From a virus (Duplodnaviria; Caudoviricetes): a DNA stretch of 58,158 nucleotides. Location of the stretch: the IMG/VR virus record IMGVR_UViG_3300011116_000399, positions 1 through 58,158 of that record, one strand, 5' to 3'. The notes below the pieces were generated by a model that did no database searches, was not told the origin of the DNA, and was given only the letters and a program-made list of their open reading frames with translations. Positions 36,736 through 46,369 of the stretch are shown here, piece after piece. How positions within the stretch are numbered: the first letter of the stretch is position 1; every line of letters starts with the position of its first letter. The translations under genes and the position numbers were made by a program.

Positions 36736-36923
36736 AGCGCTTCGAGAACCGTAGTGACAACAGCGCTAATAACAATCAAGACAAAACTTCCAAGTAAAGC
36801 AATACCCCACAGGTATCGCAATTCAGGAAACTTTGCTGGCTCCCTTTTTTGTTTAATGACTTGTTGAATAATCTTTGGTTGTACTAAGTCATCAAACTTC
36901 TTATTAACCTCTTGTTCGTTCAT
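36732..36923 (-). CDS. Membrane protein
   Basis: C-terminal TM segment; GAGAGGA SD. Confidence 0.7.
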   Translation of the reverse strand: MNEQEVNKKFDDLVQPKIIQQVIKQKREPAKFPELRYLWGIALLGSFVLIVISAVVTTVLEAL

Positions 36924-36939
36924 GTAGTTCCTCTCCCGA

Positions 36940-37176
36940 TTACTTATTTAACTTTGGATAATAACCACTACGAATATCGTTTTGAATATGTTCAACTGCC
37001 ATGCTTCGACCATCGCCATCAGGGTTGTACCAATGGTTTAAGTCGGTTACACCGCAATTTCTACCGTCCTCAATGATTTCGTAAGTGTTGTCTGCAAAGG
37101 CTCTTATTTTGTAAGAACCATCTGAGTTTGACCACTCTTTGAGTAGTTCATGCTCGACATCAATTAACTTAGCCAT
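36940..37176 (-). CDS. Hypothetical early protein
   Basis: GAGAGGA SD; operator AACTAGGGTT at 37206-15. Confidence 0.7.
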   Translation of the reverse strand: MAKLIDVEHELLKEWSNSDGSYKIRAFADNTYEIIEDGRNCGVTDLNHWYNPDGDGRSMAVEHIQNDIRSGYYPKLNK

Positions 37177-37221
37177 CCTGTTCCTCTCCAGTTGTTAGGT
37201 TATACAACTAGGGTTAGGATA

Positions 37222-37785
37222 CTACTTTTTAGTTTTAGTTGCAACCTTCTGTCGTTTTTGTTGAGTATGAAAAATAAAAGGTGGAGATGTGTAGGCATCA
37301 TTCTCTGATGCAATCTTCAACGCTTCTCGCATAGTTGCGCCAGCGCTGAGTGCGCCGATTGCTATATCAGAACCCGAACCTACTCCGTAGTAACCTTTGC
37401 CATCCATTGACACGGAGAAGTCATCTGCAATTTCAAATATCTCTCCACCAATTAGAATCAGAAAACCAAAGCGACTCTCATCATCATCATAATCCCATTT
37501 ATATTCGTTTTCTTTGAAACAAACCTTGAGAGATGGAACTACTTTAGAAATCATGAAGTGATAAAGATTGTTCCAGTCCTTGCCAGTTGGCATCGGCGGA
37601 TTCCAAATATGTTGGGCAATATCGCAAGGCGCACATTCACCAGCGCCAGCAATAATAAAATCGCCACGCTGATTTATTTTTACCATCTGAGAGTGAATTG
37701 CTTTACGACCCGTGCTTCCAGTTGTTTGTGAGTCCGCACCAATTACTGCCTTGTCATCGTATTGAACAGCAATAATTGTTGTCAT
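37222..37785 (-). CDS. HslV/proteasome-beta-like Ntn hydrolase
   Basis: N-terminal MTTI, ADSQ.T, K, GSGS..A.GAL, D.YT. Confidence 0.85.
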   Translation of the reverse strand: MTTIIAVQYDDKAVIGADSQTTGSTGRKAIHSQMVKINQRGDFIIAGAGECAPCDIAQHIWNPPMPTGKDWNNLYHFMISKVVPSLKVCFKENEYKWDYDDDESRFGFLILIGGEIFEIADDFSVSMDGKGYYGVGSGSDIAIGALSAGATMREALKIASENDAYTSPPFIFHTQQKRQKVATKTKK

Positions 37786-37829
37786 TAGGCTTTGCCAGTT
37801 TCTCTCGATTTACCGCCTAATCTTAGCGT

Positions 37830-38753
37830 CTAGGGTTTTACAACCTCGGTAGGCACAGCCATGAGTCCGAGCGCAACCGTCGCCCATAGGTCAGGGGTTT
37901 CCGTATCGGGCTGGTATCCACCCGCTCCACCTAGAAGGATTGGATGCTCGGGGAACTGCTCTCTAATCAGGCGCATAGCCTTGAAATAGCCATCCTTGGT
38001 GTATTGCAAGGATGAGAGTGGGTCATTGGCTAGACCATCGGCTCCACACGCTACGAAAATCATCGTAGGCTGGAACTCGTTGCAAGCCTCGAGGAATCCC
38101 TCAGTAGCAGATAACAATTCTGCATCGCCTGACTTTGATGCAAGCGGGAAGTTATAGGCAAGATGTTTCCAATCGCTAATCAATCCCGTGCCTGGAAAAA
38201 TCCCATACTCATGAACTGAGTAAGTTAGAACATTTTTGTTCTTCTTTAACAGCATTTCAGTACCGTCACCATGGTGAGCATCGCAATCAAAGATAGCGAC
38301 CCTATGGTCATAATCTTGAGTTGCTCTAGTTGCGGCAATAGCAAAATCATTGAACACACAAAAACCGCTTGAGTAGTCACGCATTGCGTGATGCTTTGCA
38401 CCAGCAAAGTGAACAGCCAATTTAGTTTTGTAATCAATCAAAGCATCGAGAGCAGTCAAAGTACCGCCAGCAAACAACTTGGCTAAATCACCTAGGTCGT
38501 GGCGTTGTCCCATCCATTCACTTGATTCACCTCGGACAGTTACATCGAAAACATACTCCATGTCATGAACTAGATGCAGGTCATCAGTAGATGGCATCTC
38601 AGGTTCAATCTCCCAAACATTTAATCTACGGTCTTGCGCTCGCAACATAAGTTGATTACGAGCATGGAGAAACCTCCGCCCCTGAGTTGGGTGCGTCTTG
38701 TCAAAAACCCAATTCGCATACTCAGGCGAATGAACTAATACTGCATGTTCCAT
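37830..38753 (-). CDS. Zn-dependent deacetylase of the histone deacetylase/AcuC family
   Basis: HP....R, GAKHHA, SGFC.FND, D.DAHHGDG, GADG...DPL, GGY. Confidence 0.92.
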   Translation of the reverse strand: MEHAVLVHSPEYANWVFDKTHPTQGRRFLHARNQLMLRAQDRRLNVWEIEPEMPSTDDLHLVHDMEYVFDVTVRGESSEWMGQRHDLGDLAKLFAGGTLTALDALIDYKTKLAVHFAGAKHHAMRDYSSGFCVFNDFAIAATRATQDYDHRVAIFDCDAHHGDGTEMLLKKNKNVLTYSVHEYGIFPGTGLISDWKHLAYNFPLASKSGDAELLSATEGFLEACNEFQPTMIFVACGADGLANDPLSSLQYTKDGYFKAMRLIREQFPEHPILLGGAGGYQPDTETPDLWATVALGLMAVPTEVVKP

Positions 38754-38854
38754 AGTTTCTCCTCTCATAATATAAACCCCAGTTTACCTTATTTATTGAT
38801 TATTGACAAAACTTAATAAACCCATAAAATTCGTTTTGAGGTTAATCCCCTCGA

Positions 38855-38890
38855 AGCCCCTAGTTTTACCGCTAGGGGTTTCCCTTTTTT
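38855..38890. terminator. Stem-loop terminator
   Basis: AGCCCCTAG-N8-CTAGGGGTT with flanking T-run. Confidence 0.5.
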
Positions 38891-39059
38891 ACAAAGGAGC
38901 GTAACCTTTTAATTCTAATCTTTTGAATAATAACCATCCAGCGCCAGCAGGATTATCTACCTCCAAGCGCCGATGGATTATTGAAAATTGTTCATCAGTT
39001 GCGTTTATTAAAAAATCATCAACATCTTTGAACTTTCTTTTTTTCTTCTTACTTGTCAA
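38889..39059 (-). CDS. Hypothetical protein (56 aa)
   Basis: TTG start overlapping the upstream TGA, with AGGAG SD. Confidence 0.5.
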   Translation of the reverse strand: MTSKKKKRKFKDVDDFLINATDEQFSIIHRRLEVDNPAGAGWLLFKRLELKGYAPL

Positions 39060-39634
39060 GATAGTTGCTCCTGTAATACTGATTGCGGAGTTCCAATCTC
39101 ATCAAGCCAACTAATCACATTGTCATAATCTTTTTCTTTACAGAAAATATCCATGCCCATACTAAAGACATTTGATGTTGGTTCCGCCAAGAAGTAGATT
39201 GGATAAGGAGTTGGGATTGCACCCTCGGCTAAATCTTCTGCCCATCCATTGAAGACAGCCTTGCGCCTAGTTGTCTCATCCGCCCAACCAGTTGTCCAGC
39301 CACTAGCAATCTTCTTGATATTTTTGAATTTATCAAGAGTCTCATAGTGTCCACGCCAACCATCGGTCTTCTTGTAGTTGCGACCTTCCCATTTGTCAAA
39401 GAGTTCTTTGAACCAATCGGGCACCTCGCAGTTGTCATCCATTGCAAAGTAATCGCCAAACTTAACTTTGTTGTTGTCGCCATGAATTAGAATCAGTTGA
39501 GACGCATGTTCTAAATCTGATTCGTAGCACCCATAGCAATAGGTCTCATTGGTCAGTTCTGAGTAGAAAGAATCGACATCATCTTGGTCGAATAATTCCT
39601 CACAGCCAATACATTTGAATTTATTATCTGACAT
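39056..39634 (-). CDS. Hypothetical zinc-binding protein
   Basis: CIGC...CYGC; TDGWRG. Confidence 0.75.
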   Translation of the reverse strand: MSDNKFKCIGCEELFDQDDVDSFYSELTNETYCYGCYESDLEHASQLILIHGDNNKVKFGDYFAMDDNCEVPDWFKELFDKWEGRNYKKTDGWRGHYETLDKFKNIKKIASGWTTGWADETTRRKAVFNGWAEDLAEGAIPTPYPIYFLAEPTSNVFSMGMDIFCKEKDYDNVISWLDEIGTPQSVLQEQLS

Positions 39635-39900
39635 TATCCCTCCCAATAAGTTACGAATGAATGTAAGTGCAATCCCTCTACGATTCCACTCACGGTTTTT
39701 ACAACACCATTGGGTAATGTAATTTCAGTTTTCCAGTCACCCTCATTGGCAAGTTCAATCGCCTTCTTTGCTGGTGCTAGAAAATCAAGATGGATTGGCG
39801 GGTAATGATTACCTCGCAGATGCCATGTTAGCGCTTGGTCGAGTTGTATTGCACCCTCTTCGACTAAGTTAGAAAACTCTGATGCTTGAATTGACCCCAT
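39634..39900 (-). CDS. Hypothetical protein
   Basis: TAATG coupling; HL..NHYPP motif. Confidence 0.75.
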   Translation of the reverse strand: MGSIQASEFSNLVEEGAIQLDQALTWHLRGNHYPPIHLDFLAPAKKAIELANEGDWKTEITLPNGVVKTVSGIVEGLHLHSFVTYWEG

Positions 39901-40238
39901 TACGCAACCGCCTTTCCGAAGTCGGGATTTGAACGGAAGCAAGATGCTTGATAAGCAACCTCGCCTATGTTTTCGCAATAGACACCTTCTACGGTGCCTT
40001 TGTTGATGTATTGACCTTTACGCTTGAATTGACGAGTTACTGTATAAGTATCGTCCCAAGCAAGATAAATCTCAACGCTGTATCCATTGGATACTGGAAG
40101 AGTTATTGAACGGCAAGCCTGACCATCATTGGTGCGCCATACCTCAACACGACCACCTGAAATGGCAAAGACATTTTGTATGCCAATTTGTTTTAACAAT
40201 TCATCCTCATTAAAAGGACGATATTTTTCTTCTGTCAT
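39900..40238 (-). CDS. Hypothetical early protein
   Basis: QIG..N..AISGG, DDTY.V; first gene after the cassette. Confidence 0.75.
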   Translation of the reverse strand: MTEEKYRPFNEDELLKQIGIQNVFAISGGRVEVWRTNDGQACRSITLPVSNGYSVEIYLAWDDTYTVTRQFKRKGQYINKGTVEGVYCENIGEVAYQASCFRSNPDFGKAVA

Positions 40239-40283
40239 TTTGTCTCCTCTCTAAGACAATCTGAGTATATCATAACTAGGGTT
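40236..40283 (-). promoter_or_regulatory. Early promoter/operator/SD-hairpin cassette
   Basis: AACCCTAGTT-ATGA-TATACT...TTGTCT-TAGAGAGG-AGACAA-AATG. Confidence 0.75.
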
Positions 40284-40285
40284 AG

Positions 40286-40447
40286 TTATTCTTCACTATG
40301 GAGTGAAAGTGCGGTGGCGCCAAGTTGGTTTGCATATATGTCAATCCACTCTTGGTCGCCGTCTTTAATGGCTTGTTCAATCCAAACCACTTGGCGTCTA
40401 ATATCTTTGAGGATTGCTCTCTGAGCCTTCTTGGTTACTTTAGCCAT
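40286..40447 (-). CDS. Hypothetical protein
   Basis: GGAGG SD before ATG 40447. Confidence 0.65.
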   Translation of the reverse strand: MAKVTKKAQRAILKDIRRQVVWIEQAIKDGDQEWIDIYANQLGATALSLHSEE

Positions 40448-40772
40448 TGACAATTTCCTCCGCTTTCTTGAACTTAACTTGGGAAACTTTGACACCGTTT
40501 GCCTTGGCATAATCTTTCTTGAATTTCTTCAGGGCTTCTCCAGCCAAGAACTCAGCGGCGTTTATGTACGATTGACCTGTTTCTAAATCATCGCCCCACT
40601 CATAACTTAATAACCAGTCAATCGCCTGACATAAATCGCTTAAGTCGGCTTTCTGTGGCTTTGCCCAAGCGTTGTCACCAGCGGCGCCAAAGGCACCTCT
40701 TTCACCGCTCATCGCAGTTGTGATGATTTCTAACTGTTTTAAGTTCTTACCCTTGAATTGGTTCTTAGACAT
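40440..40772 (-). CDS. Hypothetical protein
   Basis: TAATG coupling. Confidence 0.7.
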   Translation of the reverse strand: MSKNQFKGKNLKQLEIITTAMSGERGAFGAAGDNAWAKPQKADLSDLCQAIDWLLSYEWGDDLETGQSYINAAEFLAGEALKKFKKDYAKANGVKVSQVKFKKAEEIVNG

Positions 40773-40993
40773 TACCTAACCACCTCTCTATCGCAGTTTG
40801 TAAATTCACAAGCACTCTCAGCGTTGCCTTTTACAATATCCTCTAACACCTCGGCAACTATTTCTTCAATTTCTTTTTTAGAACGAGCAACCCCGTCAAA
40901 ACTTTCTCTTTCTTTAGCCCAACTTTTGATATTGGCTCGTAAAGTTGATTCAGCGTGTTGAGGCTTGCAGATTCCATATCTTTTATTTTTCAT
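40772..40993 (-). CDS. Hypothetical protein
   Basis: ATG 40993 coupled to the upstream TAA. Confidence 0.65.
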   Translation of the reverse strand: MKNKRYGICKPQHAESTLRANIKSWAKERESFDGVARSKKEIEEIVAEVLEDIVKGNAESACEFTNCDREVVR

Positions 40994-41127
40994 TACTTCA
41001 ACCTCGCAACCTTCAAGGCGCTCTGAAATTCCTTTTCGAATTCCTCGGCATAACATTTAACGCAGATGCCTTTTTCAAAGACTTCGAACTCTTGCATGAA
41101 GGCACCGCAAGCAACGCACTTCTTCAT
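40993..41127 (-). CDS. Small zinc-finger protein (44 aa)
   Basis: CVAC...CVKC; first gene after the cassette. Confidence 0.65.
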   Translation of the reverse strand: MKKCVACGAFMQEFEVFEKGICVKCYAEEFEKEFQSALKVARLK

Positions 41128-41180
41128 ACCGTCCTCCTCTCGGACAGTCCCAGTATACCAAACTGGGGTTAGTAATGCAA
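41125..41180 (-). promoter_or_regulatory. Early promoter/operator/SD-hairpin cassette
   Basis: TTGCAT-17 nt (AACCCCAGTT)-TATACT...ACTGTCC-GAGAGGA-GGACGGT-ATG. Confidence 0.8.
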
Positions 41181-41266
41181 AGCGTGATTATGCCTAAACC
41201 CGTGTCAAATCGTGGCGTGTCGGGTCGGACTTGAGCGGGGCTGGCTCAACTTTAGGGATATTTCAT

Positions 41267-41314
41267 AACCCCCGTTTGATATAATGGGTCTTAACTACGA
41301 GAGGAGTAGGTATG
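41267..41314 (+). promoter_or_regulatory. Divergent early promoter/operator cassette
   Basis: AACCCCCGTT-TGA-TATAAT...CTAC-GAGAGGA-GTAG-GTATG. Confidence 0.75.
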
Positions 41315-41884
41315 AGAAAGAGAGACCAAGCAGGAAAGGTCTATAAGGCTGAGGGTCTTGCTATGAGTGTCTATGCAGGTGGAAACCGCAAAGAAGAGAT
41401 GACTCTGCAACAAGCCCAAAAGTTTGTAGATGCTGTACTGAAGAGAAGTTTCGTCCAACGAAATTATCCCTTCAAGTTTCCAATCAAAGTTTTAGATGGC
41501 AGGGGTCGTCGTTCGGCTTGTGCCACTTTCCGACATGGAGAGTTTGCAATCTGTCTACCAAAACACATGAGAAATAAATATGTGATTCTGCATGAGATTG
41601 CCCACCACATAAACAGAGGTCATGGACACCATGCCTATTTCACCACATGCCTTCTTGATTTAGTCAGGAATGTTTTAGGTAAGGAACAAGCCGATGCCCT
41701 TCAAGGTGCCTTTCACTTTACTGGAGTTAAGGTTAGAGGTAAGAACGGCGAGGTCAAAGCCCGACTACCAAAGTCTCGAGTCCAATGGTTGCAAGAAACT
41801 AAAGAACGATTCAAGAAAATTGAGACGGGTGAAATAAAGGTCTACACAGGTCTTGATGAATTAGTTGGGCGGAAAACCGCTTAG
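41312..41884 (+). CDS. Zincin (SprT-like) metallopeptidase
   Basis: ILHEIAH...H...F. Confidence 0.75.
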   Translation: MRKRDQAGKVYKAEGLAMSVYAGGNRKEEMTLQQAQKFVDAVLKRSFVQRNYPFKFPIKVLDGRGRRSACATFRHGEFAICLPKHMRNKYVILHEIAHHINRGHGHHAYFTTCLLDLVRNVLGKEQADALQGAFHFTGVKVRGKNGEVKARLPKSRVQWLQETKERFKKIETGEIKVYTGLDELVGRKTA

Positions 41885-41898
41885 GCTAGAATTGAGGC

Positions 41899-42195
41899 AT
41901 GAAAAAAGTTCAAGACATCCTTAGTCGAATGGTGGCTGTCTTTACCGTGGGCGCTCTTGGAACTCTTGGTGCTGGTGCTGTCATGGGAGTTGATACTTGG
42001 ATTGCTCTTTCAATGGCGGGACTACTTGCAGTTGCTTCAGTTGCAGAGAGACTAGCCCGTGAATATCTTGATGATGGAAAATTAACAATCGAAGAAATCA
42101 ATGATGCTTTTAATCCACTAAGCAAAAATACGGATGGACTTCCTACTCTTTCTCCCGACGAAGAGGGTAAGTCAAAATCCAAACGCCAAGGCTAA
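41899..42195 (+). CDS. Two-TM membrane protein with DDGKL motif (leaderless)
   Basis: TAGAAT-6 nt-ATG; hydrophobic hairpin. Confidence 0.75.
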   Translation: MKKVQDILSRMVAVFTVGALGTLGAGAVMGVDTWIALSMAGLLAVASVAERLAREYLDDGKLTIEEINDAFNPLSKNTDGLPTLSPDEEGKSKSKRQG

Positions 42196-42310
42196 TCAAA
42201 ATAGCGTAGCCAACAATTCCTTTTGCAACACCATCAAGAACAATCCAAGCAACAAACATTCCTAAGAGTGTCCAAAGTTGTCCTATGATGTCATTAAAAA
42301 ATGCTTTCAA
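42143..42310 (-). CDS. Small two-TM membrane protein (55 aa)
   Basis: TTG overlapping the upstream TGA; [17 protein letters not shown]. Confidence 0.7.
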   Translation of the reverse strand: MKAFFNDIIGQLWTLLGMFVAWIVLDGVAKGIVGYAILISLGVWILTYPLRREKE

Positions 42311-44508
42311 GGTTTTCTCCTATATCCGACGCTTCCAATGGAAGCAGTCACTATTGCGTTGCTGGCGATATTGCCAACAATCGTTGCGGCAACAATCGTC
42401 TTAGTTGCCTCATCTCTTTCTTCTTCTGACATATCTGCTCCGAGATTTCCAAGAGCAAAAATAAGTTGAGCAGGACTCTCAAATATCGCTTGCAGAATTT
42501 CTGCTGGAGATTCAAGAAGTTGAAGAGCATCAGCAACAACGGCAGTAATTATGACAGCATTGCCATTTTCATCTTCTCTGACCTCAACAGGTGTAGCAGG
42601 TGGAAGGTCGGCTAAAGTAATTCCTGCTTCAGCAATAGCCTCAACAGTTACCGCTTCTCCTGCAAAAGATTCAATCAAAGCCTCGGCTACAAGTTCTTTT
42701 TCTGATTCTGTAAAGGTTCCATCCTCACTTAATTGTTCGGAAAGATTATTGACTTCATCTTGAGTAATTTCTCCATCCGCCGATAGTGCGTCGATTATCT
42801 CTTCGGCATCAGCGGGTGTAATATCGCCACCATCTAAAATGTCGGAGAGTATTTCTTCAACAATCTCGGAGGTGTCTAATGATTCAGAAGGTTGTTCTGT
42901 CGGCTCTAATTCTTCTTGGGGCGTGGCTTCTTCTTCATTTGATTCAGAAGTAGGTTCATCTAATGGTGGTTGTTCAGGTGTTTGATTTGTCGGGTCAGAT
43001 TCCTCTTGGTTTTCGGAAGGTTCATCCTGAGGTTCTTCGGAAGGCTGAGGAGTTGGCTCAGGCTCGGGGGTCGGTTGAGGTTCAGGGGTCGGTTCGGGTG
43101 TCACTTCAGGACTTGGACTTGGCTGAGGTTCAGGGGACGGAGTGGGAGTGGGTTGAGGCTGTGGGTCGGGAGTCGGCGTTACCGAAGGGGTATCGATTGG
43201 ACTCGGAGCAGGGCTTGGTACAGGATTTGGTTCAGGTGACTGAGATGGAATTGGGGTAGGCGATGGCGAAGGTGTGGGTTCAGTTGTGGACGGCGAAGGT
43301 TGCGGGGTCGGTTCAGGTTGAGGAGTCGGAGTTACGACAGGTTCAGGGCTTGGAGTCGGCGAAGGCGTTGGTTCCGATGTTGGTTGAGATTCGGGAGAAG
43401 GAGTGGGAGATGTTGCCGACGGTGTTGGTGAAGGAGTCACCGTTGGTTCAGGTGTCGGACTTGGAGAAGGCTGAGGAGTTGCTTGAGGTGTTGGAGCCGT
43501 GGCGGGATTAGCGTCGCCATATTCAAGAATTACTTCTAAGCGTTTAACAATTCCACCACAAGGGTCACCAAAGATTTGATTGATTGCTTGAATGACAGCA
43601 TTGTTTTTTCCAAGAAAAATTTCGGAAACTTTTGCTACTGAGTTAGCCGCATGGCATTGAGCATTGATTACATAATTTTCAGGAAGTCCATAACTAGCAA
43701 AAATTACATTTGTAAAAATCTTTCCGATTGGTGCAATTAAATTTAAGGAGCCACCTTCACCTACCGTACCATTTACCTGATTAGAAGGAGTAGTCGATGG
43801 AGTGGTTGTTGCTGTTGGGCTTTCTGATGGGATGGGTTGTGGGCTTGATTCAGGGGTCGGCTCAGGAGAAGAGGTTGGCTCAGGAGTTAAAGTGGGCGAA
43901 GGCGAAGGCTCGGGTGTTGGAGTTGGACTTGGCTCGCTGGTCGGAGAAGAACTCGAAGTGGGCGAAGGAGATGGTTGAACAGTTGAAGTCTCGGACGGAG
44001 ATGGAGAAGTCGTTGCAGTCGGAGTATCAGATGTCGGAGTCGGCGAAGGCTCAGGCGTTATCGAAGGGGTGGGCGTGGGTGTTGGGGCAGGAGAACTCAC
44101 CGAGACAGTAAAGATTGGTCCGTACCATCCAGCCCAAAATCCATTATCGATACCCGAAACATTGATAACAGTTTGACCCGAGGAAACAACACTTACAGAA
44201 GTTGCTTCGATTGAATTACCGCTAAAACTTTGACCGTTGATTGAAACGCTCCAACTATCAGCAATAGGAGTACAACTACCAATACAGTTGGCGATGGTGT
44301 TATTGATTGAGACGGTGACAGTTGAACCGTCGGCGACATTGATTCGATTATTAGCGCTACCGCCTCGATAGTCGAATTGGATTGAGTCGCCCGAGATATT
44401 GCCATTTACCACCTGTTGCCAAGTACCGTCGGCGCTTGCCGAGTCGGTAGGCAAAATCGTCCACCAAAAGGCGAGGCTACAAATTAGGAAAATACGCCAA
44501 ATACGCAG
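42307..44508 (-). CDS. Secreted/membrane-anchored Pro-Thr-rich protein with a SUEL-type lectin domain (probable CTG start)
   Basis: AGGAG-7 nt-CTG gives signal peptide [26 protein letters not shown]; FASYG.P...CHA.NS...FGDPC....K.L.V; C-terminal hydrophobic segment plus RRK. Confidence 0.85.
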   Translation of the reverse strand: MRIWRIFLICSLAFWWTILPTDSASADGTWQQVVNGNISGDSIQFDYRGGSANNRINVADGSTVTVSINNTIANCIGSCTPIADSWSVSINGQSFSGNSIEATSVSVVSSGQTVINVSGIDNGFWAGWYGPIFTVSVSSPAPTPTPTPSITPEPSPTPTSDTPTATTSPSPSETSTVQPSPSPTSSSSPTSEPSPTPTPEPSPSPTLTPEPTSSPEPTPESSPQPIPSESPTATTTPSTTPSNQVNGTVGEGGSLNLIAPIGKIFTNVIFASYGLPENYVINAQCHAANSVAKVSEIFLGKNNAVIQAINQIFGDPCGGIVKRLEVILEYGDANPATAPTPQATPQPSPSPTPEPTVTPSPTPSATSPTPSPESQPTSEPTPSPTPSPEPVVTPTPQPEPTPQPSPSTTEPTPSPSPTPIPSQSPEPNPVPSPAPSPIDTPSVTPTPDPQPQPTPTPSPEPQPSPSPEVTPEPTPEPQPTPEPEPTPQPSEEPQDEPSENQEESDPTNQTPEQPPLDEPTSESNEEEATPQEELEPTEQPSESLDTSEIVEEILSDILDGGDITPADAEEIIDALSADGEITQDEVNNLSEQLSEDGTFTESEKELVAEALIESFAGEAVTVEAIAEAGITLADLPPATPVEVREDENGNAVIITAVVADALQLLESPAEILQAIFESPAQLIFALGNLGADMSEEERDEATKTIVAATIVGNIASNAIVTASIGSVGYRRKP
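42960..44100 (-). repeat. Low-complexity (PT/PS/PE)n coding repeats flanking the lectin domain
   Basis: Degenerate PTPSPEP repeats; locally GC-rich. Confidence 0.85.
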
Positions 44509-44610
44509 GGCAAGACTCCTAGAACGGGGTCATCTAGGACACGATTGAGCCTATTGTACCAACCGTCAAATTCATGCTAAACTGGGGTTGTAAATACGAG
44601 AGGAGTTCCA

Positions 44611-45411
44611 ATGAGCGTGACCAAGGAGTTTGCGGTCAAGATTGATACCGAGTTGTCATCTTGCTATGACAAGCGCTGGAATTTAGTCAGCCAATTAGAA
44701 AGCGCTGAAGACACAAAGAAATTTTACGAGAAGAACTATCCAAACAGAGTTGAAGAAATCGAAAAAGCAACAGAGAAGATTACTGGTATCAAGGTAGAAA
44801 TCGCCAAGATAAATGTTCAGATTTCTTCGTTAAATAAGATTTACGACCAAGACCCTTGGACAAGAGCGTTCTTGGTAATCAACAGCAACGGGCATGTTCA
44901 CAGTTCAATGGATTGCAATACATGTTTCCCAACTACAAGATACCAATGGTTAATCCAGTACAGCAATGACGATGAGAAAACTATTGTGGAGGATGCTGGT
45001 CAAGATGCTTGCACAATTTGTTACCCAAGCGCTCCAGCCGAGGTCTTAAATCGTCCATCAAGAATTGTTACAGCGGACAAATTAGCCAAGGCAAAAGCCA
45101 AGGCTGAGAGAGATGCAAAGCGTGAGGCGAAGATTGCTAAAGAAAAAGCCAACGCTCCTACAAAAAGCGGTGAGTTCTTGTACTTCCAAGACGGAAGATA
45201 TACGCATGTGATTAAGACTGAGAGAACAGCAGTCTCAGAATGGTTAAACAACCAATACTGGATTTTGAATTCCAGTAACCCTGAATCTCAAGAATCCAAG
45301 AAGCGCATCAATGAAATTATATGCCAAAACCTTGCAGAGAAGAACGGCGTGTCATTTGACCAGCAGTTGAAAATCTTGGAAAATAAGTACAAGAAGAGAG
45401 GAGACCGATGA
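44611..45411 (+). CDS. Hypothetical protein with H..C..C...C..C zinc site
   Basis: W.RAF....GHVH....C.TC, ACTICYP.AP; operator at 44580-89. Confidence 0.8.
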   Translation: MSVTKEFAVKIDTELSSCYDKRWNLVSQLESAEDTKKFYEKNYPNRVEEIEKATEKITGIKVEIAKINVQISSLNKIYDQDPWTRAFLVINSNGHVHSSMDCNTCFPTTRYQWLIQYSNDDEKTIVEDAGQDACTICYPSAPAEVLNRPSRIVTADKLAKAKAKAERDAKREAKIAKEKANAPTKSGEFLYFQDGRYTHVIKTERTAVSEWLNNQYWILNSSNPESQESKKRINEIICQNLAEKNGVSFDQQLKILENKYKKRGDR

Positions 45412-45875
45412 CCAAGACACCAAGATTGATGTCCCGTGGTATAGCCGACCCGAGCAAAGCATTTGGTCAATGTTTGTGGCAAGCGAGTTTGTATGCCAAA
45501 AAATATAATCAAGGTTTAATCAGGGTTACTGGTGCAGAGTATTACAAAAGAGAGCATTGGGCTATTTATACCGATATAGGTCAAGATGGCAATGAAAGAT
45601 TTTTATACAGTCAAGGATTAAGCGGAACGATAATCGACTTGACCGCTCGACAATTTGATAAAACTCTTCCAGCAAGATACGAAGATGAAGCCTCCGAATG
45701 GATGGATAAGGCTTGCTTATGGTTAGGCGACAACTTAAATTACGAAGTATTTTTAACATCCAATTTCCAAGAAGAATCGGTCAGTTGGGGTTATTGGGAA
45801 TCAGATAATGAGGGAATTGAATTACCTAGAAAAATGATGGGTGAATGGAATTTATCGGAGAGGAAAAGCGCATGA
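45408..45875 (+). CDS. Hypothetical protein, possible papain/transglutaminase-like Cys-His-Asp triad
   Basis: GQC..AS, EHW, IIDLTARQF. Confidence 0.65.
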   Translation: MTKTPRLMSRGIADPSKAFGQCLWQASLYAKKYNQGLIRVTGAEYYKREHWAIYTDIGQDGNERFLYSQGLSGTIIDLTARQFDKTLPARYEDEASEWMDKACLWLGDNLNYEVFLTSNFQEESVSWGYWESDNEGIELPRKMMGEWNLSERKSA

Positions 45876-46006
45876 AGTGTTATACCTGTGGTAGCGAGTT
45901 CAGAATTACCTTCGTCAAAGGTAAACCTTATTGCTTTATCTGTGAGGCTGATGCTTCAATGGAGCAATACGGAATAGTTCGACAAATCAAAGAGAGGACA
46001 GCATGA
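45872..46006 (+). CDS. Small zinc-finger protein (44 aa)
   Basis: CYTC...CFIC; ATGA coupling. Confidence 0.65.
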   Translation: MKCYTCGSEFRITFVKGKPYCFICEADASMEQYGIVRQIKERTA

Positions 46007-46170
46007 ACGAGACCAGTTATATCGAACGAGTATGTCTGAGAAAAGGAATCCGATTAAGCACCAAGGGCAAGCGATGGGCTGAAAATGCTGAGGGCATAGC
46101 CTTCGTTTTGTTTATCTTGTTTGCTTTTGCAGTTGTAGGGTCAATAGAGAGTGGGAAGTGGTTCGGATGA
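46003..46170 (+). CDS. Small membrane protein (55 aa)
   Basis: TM segment; ATGA coupling. Confidence 0.6.
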   Translation: MNETSYIERVCLRKGIRLSTKGKRWAENAEGIAFVLFILFAFAVVGSIESGKWFG

Positions 46171-46334
46171 GGTTACTATCACGACTAACCCTAAAACAGC
46201 CTCTACGGGTCTCTGAAGGCTCATTAAGGGCTATCCGTAGGGCGCAACTAGAAAAGGCGCTCGCTGAGGAAGCCGATAAGCGTCGTGCGAGAAAAAAGGC
46301 TCGCATGTTCAGTTTGATTTCCAAACCCCAGTAG
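46167..46334 (+). CDS. Small basic protein (55 aa)
   Basis: ATGA coupling. Confidence 0.55.
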   Translation: MRLLSRLTLKQPLRVSEGSLRAIRRAQLEKALAEEADKRRARKKARMFSLISKPQ

Positions 46335-46369
46335 GATATACTTGGAATTGTCCGAGAGGAGGACACATG
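46314..46369 (+). promoter_or_regulatory. Early promoter/operator/SD-hairpin cassette
   Basis: TTGATT-17 nt (AACCCCAGTA)-TATACT...TGTCC-GAGAGGA-GGACA-CATG. Confidence 0.8.

Noticed and set aside
42963-44111. Plus-strand ORFs across the Pro/Thr repeats
   Set aside because: Stop-poor shadows of the low-complexity minus-strand gene.
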